The notes under the pieces were generated by a model. The model ran no database searches. It saw nothing but the letters and a program-made list of their open reading frames with translations, and was not told where the DNA came from. A DNA stretch of 55,497 nucleotides, from positions 1 through 55,497 of the IMG/VR virus record IMGVR_UViG_3300023174_000207, one strand, 5' to 3'. The translations under genes and the position numbers were made by a program. Shown one piece after another: positions 11,301 through 20,400 of this stretch. Origin of the DNA: a virus (lineage: Duplodnaviria > Caudoviricetes). Numbering within the stretch: position 1 is the first letter of the stretch; every line of letters begins with the position of its first letter.

Positions 11301-14155
11301 TGATTGCAACCCGTAACGCAATCTTAAAAGAAGGTGCACCGATTATTGGGCGCTGGAGTAATTTGCTGCAAGATAACCCAGAAAAAGCAGAGCAGTTAGG
11401 CAAAGTAATGATTGAGTCCACGCTTGAAAAAATGGACCCATCTATTTTGGATCCTCAGTTAAAGCAATTACTTACTAAAAAAGGCATGCCTGATTTGCTG
11501 GCACGGTACGATAACTCTACTTTAAAAGACGCATGGCGTGAAATGAGCAGTGGTAAGGACGGCGACGTTGCTGTTGAAATATACAAGCAAGTACGTAACT
11601 TCTACGAACGCCGCATGAACGAGTACATTCAGGTTCAAGAAGCTAGGATCAGAGAAGCTGGTTTGGCTAAAAACCTGCCACCAGACGAGATTGATGCCAA
11701 GGTACGTGCCTTCAAGCAAGACATTGAAGAAAGCATTATCAGACCTTACTTCCCAATCAAGCGTTTTGGCGATTACTTCTTGATGGTAGGCAGGGGCAAA
11801 AATAAAATATTTATGCAGTTTGAGGACGCTTTTGCCCGTGATGCCGAACTAGAAAAGCAAAGAGCACGATTACTCAAAACGCAGATAAAAGATAAAAATA
11901 CTGGAGAAACAAGGACTTACACCGAGGAAGAGGCTGCTGCAGAACTGTGGCCTGGTCAAGGATTTAATGAGGTTCTTAATCAAAAGCTAAACGAAGTAAC
12001 CCAGCTTAACAAAATTAAAGCTTTAGTTGACGAGACAACTGAAGATATTCTGAAGAGTACCGACCCGCAAATTATGCAGGATAGAGTTGCTGCAATGCAA
12101 GATCAATTAAAAGATGCTTTTGGTCAGTACTACCTAGAGTTGCTGCCTTCTGAAAGTATTAAGAAGATGTTCCTGCATCGTCAGAACGTAGCTGGTCCTA
12201 GCCAAGATATGCTCCGTGCCTTTAGTTTGTCTTACGAACGTATTGCGTATCAACGTGCTCGTTTCCAGCACATGCCAAAACTGTTTAATATTGTTGAAGC
12301 AGCTAAGATGCGCTCGGCAAATATGCCGACAACCGAGGAAAAAGCAACCTACGGCGATGTGGCAAACGAACTTGCAAAGCAGTTTAAGAGCGGTGTTCTT
12401 GAGCCACCCAAGCATTCCAAACTGACAACGTTCTTAACGCACTTTGGATTCTTAAACTTCCTAACGTCTCCAGCTTCAGCAGTGGTTAACATGATGGCGA
12501 TACCTGGTTTGTATATACCAGTAGCTGGCGCACGGTACGGCGGCTCTAAACGTGTTGGCACTGTAATATCTAAGTATGTTCGCATGCTAGGCGGCACTGG
12601 CTATATAAACGAAGAGACTAACCGCTACGAGTTTTTATCGTTAGCACGTGCTAACTTACAGTCTTTAAACGACGTAAATACTAAGGACGGTACCAGCAAA
12701 ATTAACTTGCCAAAAGGTAAGACGCTAGCTGATGTATATACCGCCGGGGTTAACCGAAACGTTATTGATACCACTTTGGTTCACGATTCTGTAAGCATTG
12801 GTGAAAGACCTGCTGAAGAATACACCGGTAGATGGCAGAAATTTATGTACTACGCTAGCTTGCCGTTCCACGCAGCTGAGAAGTTTAATCGTGAAATTGC
12901 GTACATGACTTCTTTTGAGTTGGCTTACGAGAACAATATAACCAACAAGAAGATGACTCCGGAAGCGGCTTTTGATGCAGCTTTGGATCAAGCACGGGAT
13001 CTTACCCAAGAGACCATGTTTAACTACAACACGACAAATAAACCACGTTATTTCCGTGGCAACATTGCTAACGTGTTACTGCAGTTCAAAATGTACCCAC
13101 AGCATATGTGCGTGCTTATGTTCCGTACGTTCCAAAAAGGTTGGGCTGATGGTGAAAAAGCGGAACTAGATAAGATTAGGAAGCAGTTAGAAAAGGCTCC
13201 GGAAGATGTGCTTAATAAAGCTTTAGCTGATAAGCGGGCTGAAATGGCAGAAGTTAAGAAAGAAGCACGGGATGCTTTCTACGGCATGATGGGTATGTCT
13301 TTCCTAACCGCCGGTATGACCGGCATGCCTTTGTGGTTTATTTTCTCAGGTGTGGCGTCAGCTTTCCATGCTGTGTTTGGTGACGATGACGAGCCGTTTG
13401 ACCCAGACAATTGGTTCAAGAACTGGGCTAACAGAACGTTTGGCGGCTTTGCAGGGGATACTATTTCTAGGGGCCTTTTATCCCAAGTTACTGGCATGAA
13501 CTTTGCCGACCGTATGAACCTTAACTTGCCGGATATGTGGTTCCCAGATGTGCGTAAGAGCCAGAGCGAGGTAGATTACGTCCAGAACATGTTTATTAAC
13601 ACTTTGGGCCCTTCCTTAGGTGCACTGCTAGTCAGCTATCCCGAAGCCCTAAAACGCTTTAATGACGGTCATACAGAACGTGCCGTTGAGGCTTTGATGC
13701 CAGCCGGTATTAAAAACGTTATGGTCGGCACTAGATACATGGTTGAGGGACAGGCATTAACCCTTAAGGGTAATACTTTAGTAGAGGATATTAGCGCTCG
13801 TGAGGCTTTATCCCAAATGCTAGGCTTCTCACCAGAAAGAGTTGCGCAAAAACAACAGGCTGCCTTTGCAACAAAGAACGCCAATGAAACCATAATGAAT
13901 AGAAGAACCGACTTACTTAATGCCTTCTTCATTGCAATCGATACTGGTGATGCAGACATGATGGCTAAAGTAATTGAGAAAATGGTGGTGTTTAGTCAAA
14001 CCAATCCAGGGGTTGCAATAGACCCAGATAAGCTGGTTGATTCAGTGCAAAAACGGTACCAAGATCGGGCTTTGGCTAATATTACCGGCGGCATGGGGAT
14101 AAACAAGAACCTTATCCCACAGTTAATGCCAATGCTTGAATACGGCGAACGGTAA
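5342..14155 (+). CDS. Giant polyvalent virion protein (GHKL ATPase + 2 zincin metallopeptidase motifs + ADP-ribosyltransferase-like + PLxRFG-type region)
   Basis: GHKL motifs KEMLQNSFD, DDATGM and GGFGVAK. HELAHH. ART-like LLHGT...GAGIYLT...GYDGIF...EVVAF. HELTHAA...HEFVAEAF. YFPIKRFGDY. Confidence 0.75.
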   Translation: MAIKAELFDGTILEFPDGTDPSVIQNTAKRLTQERQAAAEPEPTKDTGIFSMAGRALARGAKQTGSLIGDVLPAMAASAVGADEYAARQMAEAAQTQKEIEQKYGARYKSLEDVKGPGDYIPFALETALEQVPGMATALIPGAGFGVAGGRMAAAAAAKKAAERGAAEAAAAKYGAQAAATGAMRGQIGGAFLGSYALNAPEVFQNIFEETGGQMEPAAAALAGSVSAALDSILPVAILKQMGPNVKAGVVENLLEKSGMPSPLARKVVGAAVTGAGTEGLTEGAQEAISIAAEKFVQENPEIWGSKEFNRLIESSVRGAVGGGAFGAAGAGAGAYLEGRRGRLEERQLEADRREIVAGDLATQLGRDPTEEEVDNFMAAMKKARETKEVQDEGGTTDTGTGKPSVSVPSEEGLGKGPTDTGTAELTEADLDRINRLAADAGVREEDVYDQLKKDVEQRVAEVVLTPDAEALLKSVEAGGTPAMMTNNLKRIAKENGVKVTSKDTPNSVIDKLKALKTAPEEVVEPEITEEVTEEAKPQYTPEQLAEIARRQKHAKDTLKLLEEEAAPRINAVDYVQKVDSGEIKPNAIKLKGFVNAFGLDVPAGKNYTERAFAELKDKLTAIETIDPLSRVLEVIEITKDQAGVKTTAPTQKIPSVSKLRLSKEAEAEARKRAQAEEDQMFAQLKDIEPEYQTITAAPGVDVERMSDMFGQQLYGDMSKMPAVAVKEMLQNSFDNIKPLLEQNLETEGNIDINIDKNTRVITVKDDATGMTPDVLANTFFTIAGTNKETAFGSGGFGVAKMQFLYGSEAIEVTTMRDGQISRTKTTGKDLKLALKKDPSRAPKIEVNTAEEVPDIAAQFPKGHGSIVKITIPKEYKDPQTGEIKQIELSDSEFSYPVLEYSPLFANITVNFDGWPLRNMGSRFDAEKYTTFVDAQFDWGTARIYVSNDERDKYGVNTHVLSNGLWQFSESLKANPLELFSDNIPHRFYLDIVSKVKPTEQGYPFQFNRQGFTEQAKKDLDLIKNYVAIYYRQKDFQTTVKNFGTVQYLDRTKTGVKVSEKTDLVPDIPEVEVKQGIGQGSKVEVKDGRLIVDGKVVPVLTPEDLKKASIEIDKLKISQDKINPNKVMIHDNLEVKVGEDQFTPITALATAKFGDRFNKFMFDIGDAFITLRNAVVSHMPPNKKGQGYNELAQEAIGVSFDKEYRGVSIVLPFKGLFINPAFPEYMDTPEEAALGMFGTMIHELAHHKVRSHNADFPAEMQRILIKLEASKSFDIRQFKDDFILTVRENKDIIDFLNKEGSNEYNRAIGQRFKDSGQQARGEGVAQDVSERGGQGRGRFELPSEFGPEYQTIGPEQRPSGVPSQVKAEPQLVSPPFAPLTEEASKFFAKSKVVDANGRLIPLLHGTNATGPKGEGLTQIKLSKEGSLGAGIYLTPIPLIANNYTGIPTPEAIDALEAEGRTPKEIVDKLRAIYKTGELAPGQVGGNVIPVFADIENPLIINTKDNRFDPAVDLLVALDVPRDKAEAIVEKANEDKGGITKEVITRARAKGYDGIFQYRDDELAEVVAFSPSQVKSVFNKDPSRLPELLNAFNRDENTSPKADQVPLNDPLFSTAHPTVTTAIANNDVQGALKALKNTAGKFLSGLADRLMQLNLDTVVGFDDLHYDMSIKSLDRVKGQKTRILNWLQQVKPNIYASRFDESKMKMPVTETLKAFEDFRDGKLGIDPKMFKEDLEDVIKVYSNAVTSLNAPGTYFMDDNAIGLSLTRGGNSNYAIAHELTHAATHWAIDHPEELNPKQRQALANLHRLFRYAKKHTKNPDAYGYNNLHEFVAEAFSRPSFQNELRQMQKVMDTSMSAWSKFIQLVAQLFGVDNVLFHTLANADVLFSANSGSATNKGPGLLWAPSRYSVRNGTFKLNPGERMGFIDKAVQLRESWKNTDKSNLKKFFGSLNNQYRRYLLGAFTVDQLADMYGTDMPQLKAYAKEVDAMIATRNAILKEGAPIIGRWSNLLQDNPEKAEQLGKVMIESTLEKMDPSILDPQLKQLLTKKGMPDLLARYDNSTLKDAWREMSSGKDGDVAVEIYKQVRNFYERRMNEYIQVQEARIREAGLAKNLPPDEIDAKVRAFKQDIEESIIRPYFPIKRFGDYFLMVGRGKNKIFMQFEDAFARDAELEKQRARLLKTQIKDKNTGETRTYTEEEAAAELWPGQGFNEVLNQKLNEVTQLNKIKALVDETTEDILKSTDPQIMQDRVAAMQDQLKDAFGQYYLELLPSESIKKMFLHRQNVAGPSQDMLRAFSLSYERIAYQRARFQHMPKLFNIVEAAKMRSANMPTTEEKATYGDVANELAKQFKSGVLEPPKHSKLTTFLTHFGFLNFLTSPASAVVNMMAIPGLYIPVAGARYGGSKRVGTVISKYVRMLGGTGYINEETNRYEFLSLARANLQSLNDVNTKDGTSKINLPKGKTLADVYTAGVNRNVIDTTLVHDSVSIGERPAEEYTGRWQKFMYYASLPFHAAEKFNREIAYMTSFELAYENNITNKKMTPEAAFDAALDQARDLTQETMFNYNTTNKPRYFRGNIANVLLQFKMYPQHMCVLMFRTFQKGWADGEKAELDKIRKQLEKAPEDVLNKALADKRAEMAEVKKEARDAFYGMMGMSFLTAGMTGMPLWFIFSGVASAFHAVFGDDDEPFDPDNWFKNWANRTFGGFAGDTISRGLLSQVTGMNFADRMNLNLPDMWFPDVRKSQSEVDYVQNMFINTLGPSLGALLVSYPEALKRFNDGHTERAVEALMPAGIKNVMVGTRYMVEGQALTLKGNTLVEDISAREALSQMLGFSPERVAQKQQAAFATKNANETIMNRRTDLLNAFFIAIDTGDADMMAKVIEKMVVFSQTNPGVAIDPDKLVDSVQKRYQDRALANITGGMGINKNLIPQLMPMLEYGER

Positions 14156-14181
14156 AAAAACCCCGCCGAGGGGGCGGGGTG
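14155..14181. terminator. Intrinsic terminator between the convergent late and replication modules
   Basis: ACCCCGCC-gagg-GGCGGGGT hairpin with an A-run on its left, which is a U-tract on the minus strand. Confidence 0.75.
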
Positions 14182-14236
14182 CTAAATAAAACCTAAAGGA
14201 AATGTAGTCAAAACCCTTAACTACGACTGCATGATA

Positions 14237-14434
14237 CTACTTAATACGCCATACTCGCAACCCAGTAATACCTTTCTCCACGACAATCTGGGTCTTTACC
14301 TTAAATTTAAGGCGTTTGACGGTCCTTTTAATTTGTTCCAAAGCATGGCTGTGGTCTAAGCACGGTATAAAAAACGACGAGCCGACCACAAAATTACGCC
14401 AATTAACTCTGAAGCTCAGCCCGTGGATCAACAT
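14237..14434 (-). CDS. Small hypothetical protein (possible DNA-binding)
   Basis: WRNFVVGSSFFIPC...GLRVWR. Overlaps the 3' end of the primase-helicase gene. Confidence 0.55.
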   Translation of the reverse strand: MLIHGLSFRVNWRNFVVGSSFFIPCLDHSHALEQIKRTVKRLKFKVKTQIVVEKGITGLRVWRIK

Positions 14435-17237
14435 CAGGTACGCTCTTAGCAGCCTGTATATAAGACTCGGCATCCTCAAAATGGTGGCTGGTCAGGTCAA
14501 AAATGTGCACGTCTACAGGACCTGATGCGACCTTAGTCCCTTTAGATAAGCGCTTCTTGGTATGTCCTAGGTAGGCTTTGTCGGCTTCAAGACCCTTCAA
14601 GATTTCCTTTAAGGTGATCTGTTGCTCGCTGCAATAAGCACGTAGTTGCTTAGCATTGATAAACATCTTCTTGGTGTCAGGCTCAATCCTAATAAACAAG
14701 TCATTAAACTTAGGCTCGACGATGGGTAATTGTTCCATGCCAGACCTAGAATCTACTTCGTTGTTTATAACCAACACTGAAGCACGGTGCTCGTTAATGA
14801 ACTCATTGATGACGCTGCTTTGTGAAGCCGACGGAGCCTTAACTTCATTACGCATGATAGCTACTTCTTTAACAATCCAGTCATAGACCCGCTTAACGTC
14901 AAAGTCAATAATCTTGAGGTCCTTGGCAATCAAAGCCCCAGCAATGTTACAAGCAATTACAGCCGACCAAAACCGCTCCCTGCTGGTCAAACCTACTGCT
15001 TTATCAAGGCGTTGCTGCACCTGCATGACTAGATCAACGGCTTCCTCTAGATCGCTAACAAGGTATTTGGCGTACTCAACACCCGCATGTCCGTAGTTAC
15101 CATACAGTTTGCTAAAGATTGCGTCGGCTTCTTCCTTGGTTAAGTTGCTCGTTAGATCAATTTTGTACTCCAACAGACGCATGAACTCACCATCAGGAGT
15201 CGACTTTAACGAAGATAGTTTGTCGTAGAACGAAGCGTTTGAACTGCACAATGCTATGGTTGCCCACTTAGTATGGTTCACACGCTCAGCGTTATCGTGC
15301 TGTTTCATACGATTCTTGCCCCGTCCCTGTGACAAGCTGTAAGCTAGATCAGAGAACGTATCTCCACTAAGCTTGGTGATCTCGTCTATCGTAGCCGGTA
15401 GGTTATTGAGCACGCCCATGCGATGGATGATGGAGTTGATTGTGTCTTTCCATTGCATCATTAGTTCTTCGGGGTGCCCCCAAACGCTATTGCAAGCCTT
15501 AAGAATCGTAGATTTACCGGTGCCTGAAGTGTTGTTGATGAGATTGATAATTGCACCCTTGAGGTTCAGATGCTTTAAAAGCGGCGATCCAAATGCAGTA
15601 AAAAAGGCAAAAGCATGCGGCTCAAACCCTGGCTGGTTATATATTTGTATAACCTTTTGCCACTCGGCGTAGCTACCTGTTGGTGTTAAAAATTCAGATA
15701 TTGTGCCTGTTGATGCAGACGGTGGGCTGTAGCTAACTTTAGTTGCTGAAATTTCTTGATCCCCAAGAATAAACTTGGAGTTGTCATCGGTCCAACCAAA
15801 CTGATTTCTCATAATTTCTACCTCGGATCTATGTTGAAGTTCTTTTGTAAACGTAATAATGTACGCCATTACTTTTTTCATTTGCTCTGAATTACCTACG
15901 ACGCCGTGCCAACCAAGGCGCTCCCTAAGTTTTTCAGTAGCCATTACATCGACGACTGGCATGGCAAACTCACGCAAACCGTCTTTGGGCAAATGCAATC
16001 TTAACCAAATGCACTCGCCACGTGATGGATCATGTAGCCGCTTAACAATATATAAATCGTGCTCATATATGTTGGCAGCATCTACGTTGCCTTCTTCGTC
16101 TTTGAATTCTATGTAAACGCCACCGTTTTTACCCCTGAAGTATGGGAAAGGGTACGTTGGTATATCAAAGATCTCCTTTTGCCCAGTCTCCGTAACCTCA
16201 GCAATAACATTGGTTTCTGCAGCCGCAATTTCAGATCCGAGTTGAATTGGAGACGATATATTACCCTTATGCTTACAGCCCTCACAACCTTGAGGATTGA
16301 GTTTTTCAAACGTTTGACACGTATACGGCCCCTTCGTTTGATTGGCCTTACGTTCCGTGCTTTCGGGCGAGTACTCAGGGTGTCCCTGTGAAATTTTATG
16401 AATTGCTTCATCTTTGTCTACGCAAGCTGCCGCTACCGACAGCCCTGCTCTCCATAACGGCTCTTCAATTGTGTCTTGATTTACTGCAATATTTTCAAGC
16501 TGAGCACAGCCTTGCCCATTCATGGTCTTAATCATGATGGTTTTGAACCGGCTTTGCTTATTACCTAGTAACGCTTGTGTCATCTCATTGAGTTGACGAG
16601 GCATCCAATCAGGTGCAATTAACACACCAATGTTTTGTTTAATAGCCTCAAACGGCAACTCTTTGGATACAGCAAGTAGTTCTACTGGGAGCGGTGGCTC
16701 CTGTTTAAAATTAAATGTTTCAGGTATCCGCAGTATTGAGGCATTATCTGCGGTGCGTGACGGGTCAGCTTCAAAGCCATGATCTTCACATAGTGCTTTT
16801 AACCGTTCGGCTACAGGCTTCCAATCTTTACGATTAACTACTTCCTGTAATCTCCAATAAGCATGGATACCACGTCCTGAGTTAACAATAGTTGGTAGGG
16901 GTACGTTGATCTTGCCACAAAAGTCTTTAAGAGCAGTAAGCCCTGCAGCTTGATCCTCATACGGTTTACCTACTCCACAATCAACATCAAGCCAAAAAGC
17001 TTTAATAAGATTGCCATTTGGTTGAATGCGTCCCTGCTTGGGGTCTTCATATTTAGCACATGCAAAATAAGCATCATACTTTTCAGCTACCAGCGTGTTC
17101 ACTTCAGCTTCGACATCTGCCAAAGTCTGAAAGAAGTTTTGTCTTGGTCTAGCTGTGTCCTGCCGCAAGCCGACTGTACAATACCAGCCTTCTCCCTCGG
17201 GCGGCAAAACCGCTACCAATAGGTCTCTGATTGCCAT
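14403..17237 (-). CDS. Primase-helicase (AEP/RepB-type primase + DUF927-like + P-loop helicase)
   Basis: N-terminal WLDVD, SGRGIHAYW and ILRIP primase motifs. Cys cluster. Walker A SGTGKST and Walker B TIDE. Confidence 0.85.
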   Translation of the reverse strand: MAIRDLLVAVLPPEGEGWYCTVGLRQDTARPRQNFFQTLADVEAEVNTLVAEKYDAYFACAKYEDPKQGRIQPNGNLIKAFWLDVDCGVGKPYEDQAAGLTALKDFCGKINVPLPTIVNSGRGIHAYWRLQEVVNRKDWKPVAERLKALCEDHGFEADPSRTADNASILRIPETFNFKQEPPLPVELLAVSKELPFEAIKQNIGVLIAPDWMPRQLNEMTQALLGNKQSRFKTIMIKTMNGQGCAQLENIAVNQDTIEEPLWRAGLSVAAACVDKDEAIHKISQGHPEYSPESTERKANQTKGPYTCQTFEKLNPQGCEGCKHKGNISSPIQLGSEIAAAETNVIAEVTETGQKEIFDIPTYPFPYFRGKNGGVYIEFKDEEGNVDAANIYEHDLYIVKRLHDPSRGECIWLRLHLPKDGLREFAMPVVDVMATEKLRERLGWHGVVGNSEQMKKVMAYIITFTKELQHRSEVEIMRNQFGWTDDNSKFILGDQEISATKVSYSPPSASTGTISEFLTPTGSYAEWQKVIQIYNQPGFEPHAFAFFTAFGSPLLKHLNLKGAIINLINNTSGTGKSTILKACNSVWGHPEELMMQWKDTINSIIHRMGVLNNLPATIDEITKLSGDTFSDLAYSLSQGRGKNRMKQHDNAERVNHTKWATIALCSSNASFYDKLSSLKSTPDGEFMRLLEYKIDLTSNLTKEEADAIFSKLYGNYGHAGVEYAKYLVSDLEEAVDLVMQVQQRLDKAVGLTSRERFWSAVIACNIAGALIAKDLKIIDFDVKRVYDWIVKEVAIMRNEVKAPSASQSSVINEFINEHRASVLVINNEVDSRSGMEQLPIVEPKFNDLFIRIEPDTKKMFINAKQLRAYCSEQQITLKEILKGLEADKAYLGHTKKRLSKGTKVASGPVDVHIFDLTSHHFEDAESYIQAAKSVPDVDPRAELQS

Positions 17238-17479
17238 TAGTTATATTTAGTAAGTAGTTTTTCTATTTTCCTAACTTTGTCTTTGTTGGGCATACCAACT
17301 CCGGTAAACCAGTTGTATATAGTCATGCGGGTTACGCCTAACTTTGCAGCAATGGTTGATACCGGAATATCGTTGGTAATACAATACCGCCCAAGCCTGA
17401 CCCCGATGTTTTCAGGATCGGCAGCTTGAGCAGCTTGATTTGCTTTTACAAGACGAAAGCTATACCCTCTAAGACTCAT
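17237..17479 (-). CDS. XRE-type helix-turn-helix protein
   Basis: IAAKLGVTRMTIYNWFTG HTH signature. Confidence 0.75.
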   Translation of the reverse strand: MSLRGYSFRLVKANQAAQAADPENIGVRLGRYCITNDIPVSTIAAKLGVTRMTIYNWFTGVGMPNKDKVRKIEKLLTKYN

Positions 17480-18366
17480 GCTGCGTCGTCATTAGACCAG
17501 TCACCCATTACGGCTTTAAGGTCACGTTTAGGGGTTGGCTCAGCAGCTTTTTTATCAGCACGCTTGGTTGGCTCAGGAATAGTAGCAGCTTCAACTTCTA
17601 CAGTTTCAGCTTTTGCCGCAGGGGCTTCTAGCTTTTTAATACCATCGGCTTGGGCTACAGTCATTGTGATTGCAGCTTTAGCGGTCTTGGTCTCGCCTTG
17701 CTTCTTGGCTACTTCCCACTCGTGCTTCTCAAGGAATCGCACTGGACGGAAGAATAATTTGCCAACGGTTGAATCTTCGTCAAAGCGCATTTCGGTTACT
17801 AACGTATTCAAGTTGTAGCCTTGTGAGCCAACATAGCGTACGTATTGATCGAACGGCATATGATCTAGATCGCCTGGTTTTTTAGAGTCATAAAAGATTG
17901 ACTTGGATTGCAACGTCATTTGATAGACATCGCCGTTTAAATCTGAAGCAAGTGCCACAGCAATACGACGATTCTTGCGGCAGGCTTTGGTATTGCCCTG
18001 ACCTGAACCAGCTATATCTTGTGGGCAGTTTATGCACATGTTGCTTTGTGGTTCTTTGATAGAAGCATCAGGACGCTCACCGTCATTAGACCAGCAGTCA
18101 GGTGCAGCCGACTCTTTTGGATCCCATGCTTTAGCGTAGAATGTGCGGGAGATATTGGGTGAGGCATTAACAATAACAATCTCCATTTTGTCACTGTTGC
18201 TTTTGGAAATCTCGGCACCGTTTACTTTTAAAATAAACTTATTGTTGCCAAGGGCGATACGTTTTACACCTGTACCACCACCCGTTAAGGCACGGGTTAC
18301 ATCATCAATCTCTACCTCTTTGAGGTAGTCAGGTAACTGCTGGTTAAATAAGGCGACGTTACTCAT
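17476..18366 (-). CDS. Putative ssDNA-binding/recombination protein
   Basis: In the replication module. Cys cluster (CWS...CINC...C), beta-rich core, low-complexity linker and acidic tail (DWSNDDAA). Confidence 0.5.
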   Translation of the reverse strand: MSNVALFNQQLPDYLKEVEIDDVTRALTGGGTGVKRIALGNNKFILKVNGAEISKSNSDKMEIVIVNASPNISRTFYAKAWDPKESAAPDCWSNDGERPDASIKEPQSNMCINCPQDIAGSGQGNTKACRKNRRIAVALASDLNGDVYQMTLQSKSIFYDSKKPGDLDHMPFDQYVRYVGSQGYNLNTLVTEMRFDEDSTVGKLFFRPVRFLEKHEWEVAKKQGETKTAKAAITMTVAQADGIKKLEAPAAKAETVEVEAATIPEPTKRADKKAAEPTPKRDLKAVMGDWSNDDAA

Positions 18367-18773
18367 TTGCTTCTCCTAACTGTAATTGCGTATGTGCGAT
18401 CCACATTTAAACCGGCGGGATGCAAGTCCGGATTCTCCTCCAAAAACTGCTTCATATTGGTTTGTTGAATTCTTCTTTCAAGCAACTCAGGCGCATTGTG
18501 CTCCACAATAAACTTGTGAAAACGCTCCCAGTCGTTGGTTGTATATCGTTCTTTGATGCTGCGTCTAGCAGAACCGTGTGTGGTCTTTATACTAGTAGCA
18601 TCAAGATCTTTAAGTATATCGAGCAGTTCTAATTGAATGACATTTAGTTGCTCTTCTAGATCGGCTTTCTTAGCCATATAACTTTTGTAGTTATCTTCTA
18701 GGGCATCACGTATCTTTATGTAAACTTCTACAAGTTTTTCAGCGGACACTGTGCCTTGGACTTCTAGTTCCAT
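18363..18773 (-). CDS. Hypothetical coiled-coil replication-module protein
   Basis: 136 aa with RBS AAAGGA and an N-terminal coiled coil. Confidence 0.6.
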   Translation of the reverse strand: MELEVQGTVSAEKLVEVYIKIRDALEDNYKSYMAKKADLEEQLNVIQLELLDILKDLDATSIKTTHGSARRSIKERYTTNDWERFHKFIVEHNAPELLERRIQQTNMKQFLEENPDLHPAGLNVDRTYAITVRRSK

Positions 18774-18818
18774 ATAAATTCCTTTAGGTTAAAAACGCTG
18801 GTCTGTGCCAGTTAAATC

Positions 18819-18847
18819 ATCTTATAACTATAATTTGACTTTGTCAA
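18819..18847 (-). promoter_or_regulatory. Sigma70-like promoter
   Basis: Minus strand TTGACA-17 bp-TAAGAT upstream of 18773. Confidence 0.65.
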
Positions 18848-20400
18848 CTATTATTAACTTCTTGTTTGTACAAGTCAATTATTTTTTCATGCACTTCTAA
18901 TTTATTTTGCAGCATTTGATAAAGCCGTGTCTCTACGGGACTACCCTTAATATGCACCACAGTCATTGGGTTCTTCTGCCCTTGACGGTGTATACGTGCA
19001 TTGGCTTGCAGGTAAGTCTCTATAGATGTTACTGGGGCATACCATACGATTACATTAGCAGCGGTGAGAGTTATCCCATGTGCGGCAGCTTGTGGCTGGA
19101 TTATTAACACTCTTGGGTTTGGTTGTTCTTGAAAAGCTTTGAACAATGCGGTGCGTTTGTGCACAGGGACCTGACCATTAATAACTTCGCATGTAATACC
19201 CGCCCCTCTCAAATGTGTCTTGAGTAGGTCTATTGTATGGGTAAAAGGCACAAACACAAGAACTTTATGGCTTGCTTCGTCAATTACTTCTTCAATAACA
19301 CGTAACCGATTACTGACATCAAACTCAACAACAGCGCCAGTATCAGAATAAACGGCACCCCCTGATATTTGTAAGAGCTTATTGAGCTTAACCGCTGCGT
19401 TAACTGCGCTAACTTCTTCGCCGTCCGCTGCCATAAGCCATTCGTCTTTGAGCGTTTTGTAGTATTTCTCCTGTTGCGGAGTAAGGGGGGCGTCCCTAGA
19501 AACATAGGTAATCTCCGGTAGGTCTAGGCAATCTTCTTTCTTAAATCTGATTGCGGGTTGAAGGGCATTGAATACAGTTTGATCTGCATCAGGCTTTGGT
19601 AACCATTTAAATTTACTAATATTTATCATGGTCTGATCCCTAAACGCACCAAAGAACCTAGGTACATTTTGAGGAACTATTAGTTTACTCAAACCAAAAG
19701 CATCCGTTGGGTTTTGTGCTGCTGGCGTGCCAGTCATCATCCATATCCATGTCCGTGGCGTAATGATACGGTTCATGGTTTTCCAACGGTTGGTTGTCAC
19801 TGTCTTGTACGCATTAGCTTCGTCAATAATTATTAAATCAAAGTTTTGCTTTGCAATATCGTCGGCTATGATTTCTACACCGTCATAATTAATAATGACA
19901 AAATCAGCGTCACTTTCAACGATTGCCTTACGTTTATGTCTATCGCCGTAGGCTACACCTACCTTGCGGTGCATTGCAAATTTAAATAGATCGGCTTGCC
20001 ATGCTGATTGCATAATAGACAAAGGGCATACGATGAGCACACGGTACACACGCTTTTGTTCCATTAAATAATCTGCAGCCCATATTGCTGCTGCCGTTTT
20101 GCCCGTGCCTTGCTCATTAAAACAAAATGCTCTTTGATTAAGCGTAAGAAAATTAGCAGTATCCTTTTGATGCTCCATGGGTTTATGTAACCCAGGCCAC
20201 TTGTAGTCACGCAGGATAGGAGACGGTACTTTTTTAATCTTAAGTTTGTTTAAAGCTTGCGCTTCATCTAAACCCCAATGCACGGCAACTTTGTGTAAGT
20301 CGCCGTTGGTCTCAACAATTTGGCTTTTTCTTATGCACTCAGTTACCAGCTGTGGGCGCCTAGTAGTGATAAGTATTGCTTTGTTATCTAGTATTTCCAT
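18844..20400 (-). CDS. SNF2-family helicase
   Basis: QGTGKT, IIDEAN, MTGTP, HGITLT and QANARIHRQGQ motifs. Confidence 0.9.
   Translation of the reverse strand: MEILDNKAILITTRRPQLVTECIRKSQIVETNGDLHKVAVHWGLDEAQALNKLKIKKVPSPILRDYKWPGLHKPMEHQKDTANFLTLNQRAFCFNEQGTGKTAAAIWAADYLMEQKRVYRVLIVCPLSIMQSAWQADLFKFAMHRKVGVAYGDRHKRKAIVESDADFVIINYDGVEIIADDIAKQNFDLIIIDEANAYKTVTTNRWKTMNRIITPRTWIWMMTGTPAAQNPTDAFGLSKLIVPQNVPRFFGAFRDQTMINISKFKWLPKPDADQTVFNALQPAIRFKKEDCLDLPEITYVSRDAPLTPQQEKYYKTLKDEWLMAADGEEVSAVNAAVKLNKLLQISGGAVYSDTGAVVEFDVSNRLRVIEEVIDEASHKVLVFVPFTHTIDLLKTHLRGAGITCEVINGQVPVHKRTALFKAFQEQPNPRVLIIQPQAAAHGITLTAANVIVWYAPVTSIETYLQANARIHRQGQKNPMTVVHIKGSPVETRLYQMLQNKLEVHEKIIDLYKQEVNNS

Noticed and set aside
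5342-14155. Giant protein as an N4-like virion RNA polymerase reading 3-nt-loop hairpin promoters
   Set aside because: No RNA polymerase catalytic motifs recognised, palindrome cores are variable, and the early genes have sigma70-type promoters.
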